Shown here piece by piece: positions 1 to 9,524 of a stretch of 64,000 nucleotides of DNA (positions are counted from its first letter, which is position 1; the number at the start of each line of letters is the position of its first letter). This stretch comes from a bacterium. Lineage in GTDB: Bacteria; UBA8248. The translations under genes and the position numbers were made by a program. The stretch is from NCBI GenBank assembly GCA_965219955.1, contig OZ244799.1, forward strand, positions 3,488,001 through 3,552,000, written 5' to 3'. The notes under the pieces are model-generated. The model did no database searches. It had not been told where the DNA came from and worked only from the letters and a program-made list of their open reading frames with translations.

Positions 1-2
1 AG

Positions 3-611
3 CTCTGCGGCGTGAACGTCAAGGAGCGCGGCGCGCGGACGGATGAGTCCATCGAAATCGCCCGAAAGCTCTGGAGCGGCGAGAAAGTGAGCCACGAGGG
101 GCGCTTCTGGTGTTTTCAGGATGCCCGCCAGACCCCCGCCCCGCTCACGCCCGGGGGACCCCCCATCTGGGTGGGGGGCCGAAGCGACGCCGCCCGCAAG
201 AGAGCGGCGCTCAGAGGCGAAGGGTATGTCTCCTACATGTTCTCCGCACCCCGCTTCGCCAGGGGCCTCGAAGACATGAAGCGATGGGCGGAAGAGGCGG
301 GGAAGCCCCTCGACATCGAAGGGGGCGCGTGGACGCCGGCGCACCATGCGTTCATCTACGTTCACGAGGACGCGGAGCACGCCCTGCGCGAGGGCATCAG
401 GAACCTTTCCAGACGCTACAACATGGATTTTGACGGCATCGCCCAAAAGTATTTATTCTATGGGCCGCGCGAGCGGTGCCTGGAGCAGATAGCGGCGTTT
501 CAGGAAGCGGGTGCTGTGCACTTCATCTTCAAGCACGCGGGTCCTGCGGATGAGGAGATGGATCAGATGGCGCTTTTGGCGGAAGAGGTGATCCCGGAGG
601 CGAGGAATTGA
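3..611 (+). CDS. LLM-class (luciferase-like) flavin-dependent oxidoreductase, 5'-truncated by window edge
   Basis: RGARTDESIEI..KLWSGE.V...GRFW, PPIWVGG.S.AA..RAA motifs; frame open to the window start. Confidence 0.85.
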   Translation, partial: LCGVNVKERGARTDESIEIARKLWSGEKVSHEGRFWCFQDARQTPAPLTPGGPPIWVGGRSDAARKRAALRGEGYVSYMFSAPRFARGLEDMKRWAEEAGKPLDIEGGAWTPAHHAFIYVHEDAEHALREGIRNLSRRYNMDFDGIAQKYLFYGPRERCLEQIAAFQEAGAVHFIFKHAGPADEEMDQMALLAEEVIPEARN

Positions 612-958
612 GCGAGGCGAAAAAGGCGAGCCTCAAATGGCCCGTGTGCACCATCCTGATTCTCGCGCTCCTGGGCGGGATGATCTATTGGGGCTACACG
701 GCCTTCCAGGCCGAACAAGCCATGATACAGGCGAAAACGCCGGGGGGCGCGGCATCAGCCGCGGGTTCCGAGCCCGTCGCTTACCGCTCCGCATTGCCTC
801 ACTATTTCCTGGTCGGTTTCGCCCTCGTCATGACGGCGATTCTGGGGAGCATCATCTACTTCTGGTGGTCGCTCAAGGACTGGGAAGGCGGCAGGCGCTA
901 CGGCGAGGAAGAAGCCGAGGAACCGGCTCCCGATTCGGACAAGGTCTCCGCTCCTTAG
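608..958 (+). CDS. small two-TM membrane protein, unknown function
   Basis: Two hydrophobic helices and an acidic tail; 4-nt overlap with the upstream stop. Confidence 0.65.
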   Translation: MSEAKKASLKWPVCTILILALLGGMIYWGYTAFQAEQAMIQAKTPGGAASAAGSEPVAYRSALPHYFLVGFALVMTAILGSIIYFWWSLKDWEGGRRYGEEEAEEPAPDSDKVSAP

Positions 959-971
959 GATTTTCTGAGTT

Positions 972-2093
972 CTACGCCTGCTCGATGGCGGAGAGGAACC
1001 ACTGGTTCGGCCCCTCGGGCCGCACCCACGTCCAGTGTTCAGCGAAATTCACGCGCTGCGTGCGGCTGCCCTCGACGATATCCCCGCTTCGCTCGTCCAC
1101 CACGTAGTCGCAAAGACTCGCCTCGTAGCGCACGGTGATGAATTCGTAGCCCTCCTCGTTCCAGGCCTCGACGATCTCGGCTTTCCCGACGTCCACGTCG
1201 TCGAGCTTGTTGATCTTCCCCTCGCTTTTGAGACCCTCGACGTCGCGCTGGACTTCCGTATAGATCTCCTTGTCCATCAGGTCGCGCACGGGGGAGAGAT
1301 CGCGCGCCGTCCAGGCGTTCTGGAAGCGAATGAAGTTCTCCTTCGCCAGGCCGATGAATGCCTGCTCGGAAAAGGATGCGTCGCCTTCGATCATTCTCTT
1401 GAGCGCCGCATCGCTCGCGGAGTCGCGGCGAGGACCGCCGCTTGAGGGTCGGGCCGATCGGGTCGAACCGCCGCCGGCGCCGATGTCCGGGCCGCGGTAC
1501 ACGCCGCCCGACCTCTCGTGCCTGCGGGGCGCTTCGTATCTATCGTGGGGCTCCTCCTCGTATCCCCCCACGCCGTAGGGGTCGGCCTCGGCGTAGCGGT
1601 CTCCCGAATAGCGGGGTTGCTGTTGGGAGGCGGCCGCGCGGTTTCGCATCATCCGGAAGATGAAGAAGATGATCCCGCCGATCAGGAGAATCTCCAGAAG
1701 CCCGAAACCTCCGCCCATCCCCATGCCGCCCATGCCGCCCACCCCGCCGAAGAGCATGCGGCCGAGCATACCGCCCAGCAGGAACCCGCCGATGCCCGCG
1801 AACAGTCCGGACCCCAGGCCGCCGCCCAGGAACGAGGACCTCTGGAACGGCCTTCGCGAGAAGCTGCGCGCCCGGGGGCGCGCGCCGAACGAGCGTCTCG
1901 AGAAGCCCCTGCGTCCGAAGCTGCCGAACCCGCGCGAGCCGCGGAAACCGAAGGAGCGGAAACCGCCGAAGCGCCTCGCCTCGGCATCCTGGGTCACCAG
2001 AACCAGGCCATCCGGGGTGCGGGCGGGCGCGCCAACGTGCGCGGGGGCCAGAAACAGCAACGCGAACAACACGGCGATGAGAATAGACTTCAT
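972..2093 (-). CDS. Tim44-domain protein
   Basis: Signal peptide, Gly/Arg/Phe-rich region, TM segment, C-terminal Tim44-like domain (F...AKENFIRFQNAW...F.EHWTWVRP..WFLSAIEQ). Confidence 0.85.
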   Translation of the reverse strand: MKSILIAVLFALLFLAPAHVGAPARTPDGLVLVTQDAEARRFGGFRSFGFRGSRGFGSFGRRGFSRRSFGARPRARSFSRRPFQRSSFLGGGLGSGLFAGIGGFLLGGMLGRMLFGGVGGMGGMGMGGGFGLLEILLIGGIIFFIFRMMRNRAAASQQQPRYSGDRYAEADPYGVGGYEEEPHDRYEAPRRHERSGGVYRGPDIGAGGGSTRSARPSSGGPRRDSASDAALKRMIEGDASFSEQAFIGLAKENFIRFQNAWTARDLSPVRDLMDKEIYTEVQRDVEGLKSEGKINKLDDVDVGKAEIVEAWNEEGYEFITVRYEASLCDYVVDERSGDIVEGSRTQRVNFAEHWTWVRPEGPNQWFLSAIEQA

Positions 2094-2257
2094 GCGAAAC
2101 CTCCGAATGCGGCCAGGCCCGAAAGACGGGCGTCTCGACTCTCCCGATTATCCCAATATCGGGAGCCCAAGTCCATTGCGGAACGGGGATGGCGGATGCC
2201 GTGCGCATCCAGGGGTTCTGCGGTTTCCGTACGCGGCCCCCTGAATTCCCTCATTGC

Positions 2258-2748
2258 GGGGTTGTTGAAAAAGCCGGTTTCGGTCGGGATCGGCGGCAAG
2301 GAGGTTCACGCGGCGCAGACGTGATGGTTTTGTAGGGACAGGCCTCCGTGCCTGCCCCTGCAAAGGCAACCCCCCCTACCCCCCCTTGTCAGGGGGGCAA
2401 GAAAAAACAAAACCCCCTCAACCGGTGGTTGCCGTCGCCTTTTCATAGCCCCCCTGACAAGGGCCTGTTGAAAAAACCTGGTCTGCCCCTCCTCAAACCG
2501 CCAACACCTCTTTCCTCACCCTGAGTAGCCGCCGAAGAGCCTGTCCTGAGCTTGTCGAAGGGCGGCGTATCGAAGGGCGCGGAGAGTCGAACGCCTCGCG
2601 CCGGGTGAGGGCAAACACTCATTCATCAATCGCGTTTGACCTTCGATACGGCGCTTTCGCGCCTACTCAGGATGAGGAGTGTCGGGGAACGGCGGAGCCT
2701 GTCCCGAGCGAAGTCGAGGGGCCGCTACTCAGGATGAGGCGGTGCGGT
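2258..2748. repeat. composite intergenic repeat cluster 1 (TIR-like ends, GTAG-REP, CCCCTTGTCAGGGG palindrome, CCTGAGTAG...CGAAGG palindromes)
   Basis: GGGGTTGTTGAAAAA 2258, GTAG REP 2332, GGGCCTGTTGAAAAA 2461; 2640-2748 recurs inverted at about 49915-50021. Confidence 0.85.
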
Positions 2749-2993
2749 TCTGATTCGTCATTCCGGTGTCGGAACCGGCCAATGAGGGAGGGTTCGCCGG
2801 GGCGCATCAGGAGCGATTGCGGGCGAGGTCTCCGGCTTGCAGGACGCGGAGGCCGGGGCGGCGGGAATCCCCGCAAATCGTTGCCGGGGCATCCGCGCTT
2901 TGCTACCATCGGGGCGTCCCGCGAAACGCATTTTCGCAAACCCGTCCGGGGCCGCGAGGCGTCGGCTCCCAAACCCGAGGAAGCGCCGGTTCC

Positions 2994-4193
2994 ATGAACG
3001 AAACCAGAAAAATGCCGCTCGAGGGCGTTCGTGTCATCGACATCGGCACCCTGTTCGCCGGCCCCTGGATCGCCACCTACATGGCGGATTTCGGAGCCGA
3101 GGTCATCAAGATCGAACACCCGCGCGGCGATTCCCTGAGAAACTTCGCCTCCCAGAAAGACGGCGTCTCGCTGTGGTGGAAGCTCGCGAGCCGGAACAAG
3201 AAGTCCATTACCTGCAACATCTCCTCGCCCGAGGGGCAGGAGATCCTCCGCAAGCTTTGCGAGAGCGCGGACGTTCTGGTGGAGAACTTCCGCCCCGGCA
3301 CGATGGAGCGATGGGGCTTCTCCTGGGAGAACCTCCACGCCCTGAACCCCAGGCTCATCCTCGCGCGGACGAGCGGCTTCGGACAGAAAGGCCCCTACGC
3401 GCAAAGGCCCGGCTTCGGCACGGTGGCGGAAGCCATGAGCGGCTTCGCGCACATCACGGGCTTCCCCGACGGGCCGCCCACGCTGCCGCCCTTCGCCCTG
3501 GCCGACGGCATCAGCGCGCTTTGCGGCACCTACGCCGTGATGATGGCGCTCTACCACCGGGACGTCCACGACGCGCCGGGCCAGGAGATCGACATCGCCA
3601 TCTACGAGCCCATCACCATGGTGCTCGGCCCCCAGCCGCTCGAATACGACCAGCTCGGCTACGTCCAGATGCGCACGGGAAACGCGATTCCCTTCGCCGC
3701 GCCCAGGAACGCCTACCGCTGCAAGGACGGGCGCTACGTCGTGATCTCCGCGAGTGCGGAGAACATCTTCAAGCGCGTCATGCGCGCCGTGGGGCGCGAG
3801 GATTTGGCCGACGATCCCAGGATGATCACCCAGGCGGGCCGGGTGGAGAACATGGCCGAACTCGACGGCGCCATCCAGCTCTGGATAGGCGAGCACACGC
3901 TCGATGAGACGATTACCCATTTCGAGGAACACGAATGCGCCCTGGGGCCCATCTACGACGTGGCCCAGTTCATGGAGGACCCCCACGTGCAGGCGCGAGA
4001 GACCATCACCACCGTGGAGGATGACGAACTCGGCCCCATCAGGATGCAAAACGTGATCCCCAGGCTGAACGGCTCGCCGGGCGCCATCCGTTGGGCGGGT
4101 CCGGCGATAGGCAAGCATACCGACGAGGTGCTGGAAGGAATCGGCTACGACGCCTCGGCCATTTCCGCGCTCAGGGACAAGGGCGTCATCTAG
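2994..4193 (+). CDS. CaiB/BaiF family III CoA transferase
   Basis: PLEGVRVID, AGP, ADFGAEVIKIE, RNKKSI, DVLVENFRPG motifs. Confidence 0.92.
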   Translation: MNETRKMPLEGVRVIDIGTLFAGPWIATYMADFGAEVIKIEHPRGDSLRNFASQKDGVSLWWKLASRNKKSITCNISSPEGQEILRKLCESADVLVENFRPGTMERWGFSWENLHALNPRLILARTSGFGQKGPYAQRPGFGTVAEAMSGFAHITGFPDGPPTLPPFALADGISALCGTYAVMMALYHRDVHDAPGQEIDIAIYEPITMVLGPQPLEYDQLGYVQMRTGNAIPFAAPRNAYRCKDGRYVVISASAENIFKRVMRAVGREDLADDPRMITQAGRVENMAELDGAIQLWIGEHTLDETITHFEEHECALGPIYDVAQFMEDPHVQARETITTVEDDELGPIRMQNVIPRLNGSPGAIRWAGPAIGKHTDEVLEGIGYDASAISALRDKGVI

Positions 4194-4201
4194 CCTCCGC
4201 G

Positions 4202-5104
4202 ATGAAAGCGCCGCCTGAGCACTGCGTTTTCATCTTTCACGAAGGTTATTACGCCTACATCGGCCAGCACGTCCTGCAAGCCGAAAAATACCAGAAAACC
4301 CACGCCAGACTGAGAGAAGCCGGACTGCCCGAGAGCGCATTTCTGTCGCCCTCCACCGCTACGGAAGAGGAACTGGCCCTCGTCCATACGCAGGAGTATC
4401 TGGCGGACCTGCGCTCGGGCGTTCACACCGCGCGGACCGCGCCGAGCGAACTCCCTATCAGTAGGCAGATCGTGGACGCGAGCTTTCTCGCGACGGGCGG
4501 CACTCTCCTCGCCGCGCGCGAGGCTTTGATAAGGGGCCGCGCCCTCAACCTGACCGGGGGATTTCACCACGCCTTCGCCGATCAGGCCGAGGGGTTTTGC
4601 TACGTGAACGACCTGGCTGTCGCCGTGCGCACCCTCATGAACGAGGGCGCCATCCAAAGAGCGGCCGTCATCGACTGCGACCTGCACCAGGGAAACGGCA
4701 CCGCCGTCATCTTCCGCCGCGAGGAGGCGGTGTTCACCTTCTCCATCCATCAGGAGAACATCTACCCGCAAAAGAAGAGAAGCGACATCGACGTCGGCCT
4801 CTACGACCTCGCGACGGAGGACGAATACCTCCCCCATCTCGAAAAACACGTCCCGAAGATGCTTGATGAGCACAAGCCCGGCCTTGTGATGTACCAGGCG
4901 GGGGCGGACCCCTACGCGGGGGATCAGCTCGGAACGCTCAAGCTCTCCAAAGAAGGCCTGAAGCGGCGCGATGCCTATATCCTCGAAGAGTGCCGGGCGC
5001 GCGGGATTCCCGTCGCGGGGACTCTCGGCGGCGGATACGCCCTGAACCCCGAGGACACGGTGGACATCCATTTCCAGACGGCGACCTGTTTTTGGGAGAT
5101 TTGA
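4202..5104 (+). CDS. histone deacetylase family (Zn-dependent) amidohydrolase
   Basis: GGFHHA, GFCYVND, DCDLHQGNGT, AGADP..GD.LG, GGGY. Confidence 0.92.
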   Translation: MKAPPEHCVFIFHEGYYAYIGQHVLQAEKYQKTHARLREAGLPESAFLSPSTATEEELALVHTQEYLADLRSGVHTARTAPSELPISRQIVDASFLATGGTLLAAREALIRGRALNLTGGFHHAFADQAEGFCYVNDLAVAVRTLMNEGAIQRAAVIDCDLHQGNGTAVIFRREEAVFTFSIHQENIYPQKKRSDIDVGLYDLATEDEYLPHLEKHVPKMLDEHKPGLVMYQAGADPYAGDQLGTLKLSKEGLKRRDAYILEECRARGIPVAGTLGGGYALNPEDTVDIHFQTATCFWEI

Positions 5105-5180
5105 GTTTCGGTTTCGCCTGAAGCGCGGGCTGCGTGTATACTCGCCTCAAGTCCCGTGGCTCACCTGAACAAGGAAGCGA

Positions 5181-6488
5181 ATGACTACGTTCCCGCAAAG
5201 CGGCCCCGCCAAAAAACCGAGATTCTACTACGGCTGGCTCATCGTCTGGCTCTCTTTCGCCACGCTGGGCTTCCACGTCGTCACGCGGTTTTCCTTCGGC
5301 ATCTTCCAGGTTCCCCTGCTCGAGGAATTCGGCTGGAGCCGGGGCCTTCTGAGCGGGGCGTTCTCGCTCTCGATGGCCACCTACGCCCTCGGCGCGCCGT
5401 TCGCCGGCTCGCTTCTGGAGAAAAAAGGCCCGCGCGCCATCATGCCCTGGGGGTCGGTGATACTGGGCCTCACGTTCATCTCGTGCTACTTCGTCTCCTC
5501 GCTCTGGCACCTCTACATCCTGTTCGGGCTCTTCGCCGGCTACGGCCTCTCGCTCAGCGGCTTCTCGACGCACAGCGCCATCATGCCGCGCTGGTTCGTG
5601 AAGAAAAGAGGCCGCGCCACGGGTATCGCGCTATCGGGCATCGGAATCGGCATCCTCGTCCTGGCGCCCTTGATCGAGCGGCTCATCGCGTCCGTGGGCT
5701 GGCGCTACACGTACGTGATCTTCGGCCTGATCATCCTGTGCGTCGTCGCTCCCGCGAGCTTTCTCCTCCTGCGCGACGTGCCCGAGGACGTCGGGCAGGG
5801 GCCGGACGGCGGCCCGCCGCGCAGCCCCGAGGAATTGGCGAAAGCCGGCGTCGGCCACGGCGGCGAGGGCAAGGGCGTGTGGGAGGTCTTCTCGGTCGTG
5901 AGGCGCGACATCCGATTCTGGTGCCTCATCCTGATGGTCTTCGCCATCGGGCTCAACAACAACACCATCATGAGCCAGCTGCAGCTCTATCTCGTCGACG
6001 TGGGATACGGCACCGCCCTTGCGGCCCTCATCTTCGGCTCCGTCGGCTTCATCCGGACGTTCGGCAGCATCGGCGGCGGATGGGTGGGCGACATCATCGG
6101 GCGCGGGCGCGGGGTGGCGCTTGCGGCCGTAGTGGTGGCGGCGGGCCTGACGCTCCTGCTCCTCATTCCCTACTTCGGCGGGGGCATCCTGCCGGGCTAC
6201 GCCTTCGCGCTGGTGTACGGGATCGGCATCGGCGCCATGAGCGCGTGCTATTCCGCCCTGGCAGGGGATTGCTTCGGTGGCCGCACCTACGGCGTCATCA
6301 TCGGCTTCATGGAGATCTGCTACGGGCTGGGAGGCGTCGTCGGCGCTCCATTCGCGGGCTTCATGTTCGATTACACGAAAAGCTACTTCATTCCCTTCCT
6401 GACGATCATCTTCTCCATGTTCATCTCGCTAGCCCTCGCGCTCTGGCTGCAGGCCTACATGAAAAAACACGGCCTGGAGCCGAGGTAG
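5181..6488 (+). CDS. MFS transporter (OFA/MCT-like)
   Basis: About 12 hydrophobic segments; YYGW N-terminus, WF.KKRGRATG. Confidence 0.9.
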   Translation: MTTFPQSGPAKKPRFYYGWLIVWLSFATLGFHVVTRFSFGIFQVPLLEEFGWSRGLLSGAFSLSMATYALGAPFAGSLLEKKGPRAIMPWGSVILGLTFISCYFVSSLWHLYILFGLFAGYGLSLSGFSTHSAIMPRWFVKKRGRATGIALSGIGIGILVLAPLIERLIASVGWRYTYVIFGLIILCVVAPASFLLLRDVPEDVGQGPDGGPPRSPEELAKAGVGHGGEGKGVWEVFSVVRRDIRFWCLILMVFAIGLNNNTIMSQLQLYLVDVGYGTALAALIFGSVGFIRTFGSIGGGWVGDIIGRGRGVALAAVVVAAGLTLLLLIPYFGGGILPGYAFALVYGIGIGAMSACYSALAGDCFGGRTYGVIIGFMEICYGLGGVVGAPFAGFMFDYTKSYFIPFLTIIFSMFISLALALWLQAYMKKHGLEPR

Positions 6489-7028
6489 GCGGCAAGATTT
6501 CTCACCCGCGCAACATATTTCGATAATTTCCAGGGACTGCCGGCAAAATGAACGAAAACCGCCGGCTCGGCTCCGCCTGAGGGTTGACGTATTGGCCGGA
6601 TCATGCGATTTATCCTCCCGGCTCAATTTAGAGAATCGCATAACAAGCATTCACCATGTCGTCAGCGAGGGGACGATTCATTGGAGATGCGCTGCGCAGG
6701 TCCGGCATCATTTTCCTGTTCGAATGGCCCCAACCGTCTTTCCTCGCTCTCGATTTTCGTCCAAGGGGTAGCAAGAAAGGGTTGGTGAAATACGGTAAGA
6801 GAAATTCCAGGTAAGAACGGAAGGTAAGTCCCTGCCTGTTCGTCCTTCCCCCAGAACGAAGAAGTCAACCCAAGAACACGGCGCCGCCATCGCGTTATTC
6901 GGCCAGTCCGTTAGCGCGCGCGAGGATGGCGAACTGCGCGCTTACGTTCGAGGTGCGTCTTCCGGCTGTGGGGCGTGGCGAACGGGTCCGGAAAGTTATT
7001 CATTGATTTCATACAGAGGACTCGATCA

Positions 7029-8405
7029 ATGACCCACACGAGAAGGCAGTTTCTGAAGAACGCAGCAGCAGCCTCCGCGCTCCTCATGACGGGGTGCGCC
7101 GGCCCTTACGACCATAAAACTTCCTACACGAGCCAGATCATCAAGCCACGGAACCGGAACACTATTTTCCATTGGGTGGATACGGCCTTGCAACAAGTCC
7201 GCGACCAAAGGGCCACCGCTCCTCTGGCGGCGTACTGCTGCAGCCTGCCCCTGGCCGCAGGCTTTCTCGCTGCGAACGGGATTCTCCAGGCTTATGAAGA
7301 ACCCTTCGGAATCGGCGTCGGCCCGCGCGGCGCGGACCCCGAAGTCGCCTACGGCGTGGCCTTCGCCTACGCGGCGGCGGAAGCGTTCCAGCAGCCCTTC
7401 CTCTTCGAGCGCATGGCGTTTCTGGATCGCTTTCCCGGAAGCGAGTCGAAATCCCTGGGCGTCAGGTGGGGCCGAGCCGCCGCCGACAAAGTCCTCAAGA
7501 TGCGGACGAACGACGGCGCCGAACCCAGCGAGACCAACTATTATCTGGGCCGGTACGAGCGGCGAACGGACTCGTTAAGGTGGCGCCCGACCGGCCCTTT
7601 CTATGGCGCCAAGCCCGGACCTGCGTTCGCCTCGTTCGATCGCGGCCTATATCCGGGACATGGGCGGATCAAGCCATGGACGATGAAGAGCGGCTCGCAG
7701 TTTCGGGTTCCGGACTTCTATGACCCGAAAAGCCCGGAGTTCGCGGAGGAATTCGACCGCATCCGCCGCATCGGAGGGATGGACAGCACCATCCGAACCA
7801 CCGATCAGGAGCAAATCGCGCTCTTCTGGGAGGACGGCCCCTGGGGCATAACGCAGCCGGGACACATGATCTACATCGCCATGCAGATCCTCCAGGATCG
7901 GGGGCTTTCCTTCATCGAACTCGCGCGCGCCATCGCCTTGGTCGGCATGACGCAGTGTGACGCCTCGATTTGCGCATGGGACGCAAAGTACCATCACGAC
8001 ATCCTGCGCCCTGAAACCGCCATTCGCATGCGCGCCCCCAGGTTCGGCAACCCGGATTCGAGGGTGGCTCGGCAACCCGACTGGCGCAGCTACATCCCGA
8101 CCCCGGAATTTCCCTCCTACACTTCGGGGCACTCCACGTTCGGCGCCGCCGCCGCAGAGTTGATCGCGCTGGTTTATGGCCGTGACGACGTTTCGTTCTC
8201 GGGCCGCTCTCCCGACGAGGTCCTGTGGCCGCAACTGAGGGGCGTCACCAGACACTGGCGGAGCCTCTCCCACATGGCCGAAGAAAACGGGATCAGCCGC
8301 ATCTACGGCGGCGTTCACTGGGAGATCGACAACACGCAGGCATTGAAGGCGGGCCAGGCCATCGCGCGCCAGGCCTTTCATTCCACCTTCCCCAAAAAGG
8401 CTTGA
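7029..8405 (+). CDS. vanadium-dependent haloperoxidase-like (PAP2 superfamily) Tat lipoprotein
   Basis: TRRQFLK twin-arginine and LMTGC lipobox; K-x6-RP (AKYHHDILRP), PSYTSGHS, SRIYGGVHW; GAGGA RBS before ATG 7029. Confidence 0.85.
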   Translation: MTHTRRQFLKNAAAASALLMTGCAGPYDHKTSYTSQIIKPRNRNTIFHWVDTALQQVRDQRATAPLAAYCCSLPLAAGFLAANGILQAYEEPFGIGVGPRGADPEVAYGVAFAYAAAEAFQQPFLFERMAFLDRFPGSESKSLGVRWGRAAADKVLKMRTNDGAEPSETNYYLGRYERRTDSLRWRPTGPFYGAKPGPAFASFDRGLYPGHGRIKPWTMKSGSQFRVPDFYDPKSPEFAEEFDRIRRIGGMDSTIRTTDQEQIALFWEDGPWGITQPGHMIYIAMQILQDRGLSFIELARAIALVGMTQCDASICAWDAKYHHDILRPETAIRMRAPRFGNPDSRVARQPDWRSYIPTPEFPSYTSGHSTFGAAAAELIALVYGRDDVSFSGRSPDEVLWPQLRGVTRHWRSLSHMAEENGISRIYGGVHWEIDNTQALKAGQAIARQAFHSTFPKKA

Positions 8406-8409
8406 GATC

Positions 8410-9468
8410 ATGACGAAACGAAAAACAACTCCGTGGTTTCGCCTTTTTGGGGCGGCGGTTATTTTCACATGCGCCATCGGTGCGGCGAGGCACGCCGCGG
8501 CGCAGGAAATTTTTCTCAACTACGACGACATGTCGCTGTTCGAAGCCCCTCTCGCCACCGAGGTCGGTGACGTCACGCTCCTCCTGAAAGGCACGGCGGT
8601 AGGAGCGTGGACCCATAAACGGAAAAGCAGTGGTTCGGACGAGAGCTTTAGCGGCGGCTTGCAGGCGGGCGCCCAGACGCAATTACCCAACCGCTGGCGG
8701 GTCCGCCTGAGCTATACGGGCCGATACGCCACCGATCCGCAGGAAAGCCCCGACGCAGGCTTCGCCTCCAGGGTGGATGAAGAATACGAGGATGACGTCT
8801 TGCTCTCGGTCGGAGGCGCCTGGGGCACGGTAGTGAGCGGCAATGTTTCGAAAGCCGTTCGCGGCCAGACACGGCGCTCCGGGGGAGCGGGAGCGGCTTC
8901 TCTGTCTTTCGACGATGTATTCGGATCGCTTGCGGACTGGGGCGGCGGCTATCTGGTTCGCATGGGTCCCTGGGTCCTGAGCGCGGTGGTGGACGAGGAG
9001 GGGGGTTTCGACGTCGGGGCGATGTATCAGCGTCCCATTGCCGAGAAGGACTATCGCCTGACCGCGCGATACACCCAGGGCGTTTTCACTTCAGCCGACG
9101 GGGTAAGGCGGTTCGACACGAAAGCCGTCAGCGGCGTGGGCGAACTTATCTACGGGAGCGCCTTGTTCGATCTCGGCGCAGGCTACGAAACCCTCTCATC
9201 ACCCGGTCTGGAGTTCGATCAATGGTACGTCTCATCGGGGGTTCGCATCAAAATCGGCGTCCTGAGTTTATCGGTCGAAGGCCACTACGGCCGGATCGAA
9301 GACGTGGAGAAAACCTCCGCCGCCCTGGGCGTTCAATACGACCTGGCGCGGGGACTGTCCGCCAATTTCGGTCTCAACTATGAAGACGCGAGCGTGAGCC
9401 TCGGGGGCGTGAACCTCATTGCGTCCAAAGGAACCAAGGCCGTTCTTTCGCTCAGTTACAGTTTCTAG
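8410..9468 (+). CDS. putative outer-membrane porin / beta-barrel
   Basis: Signal peptide, alternating amphipathic strands, C-terminal LSYSF. Confidence 0.7.
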   Translation: MTKRKTTPWFRLFGAAVIFTCAIGAARHAAAQEIFLNYDDMSLFEAPLATEVGDVTLLLKGTAVGAWTHKRKSSGSDESFSGGLQAGAQTQLPNRWRVRLSYTGRYATDPQESPDAGFASRVDEEYEDDVLLSVGGAWGTVVSGNVSKAVRGQTRRSGGAGAASLSFDDVFGSLADWGGGYLVRMGPWVLSAVVDEEGGFDVGAMYQRPIAEKDYRLTARYTQGVFTSADGVRRFDTKAVSGVGELIYGSALFDLGAGYETLSSPGLEFDQWYVSSGVRIKIGVLSLSVEGHYGRIEDVEKTSAALGVQYDLARGLSANFGLNYEDASVSLGGVNLIASKGTKAVLSLSYSF

Positions 9469-9524
9469 CGCTCTGCCTGTGAAACATTCCTGAAAACGGC
9501 CTCGCCAACATACGCGCGGGGCCG

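Noticed and set aside
2258-2748. Repeat clusters as a CRISPR array
   Set aside because: No regularly spaced identical direct repeats with unique spacers and no cas genes; the units are palindromic REP/MITE types
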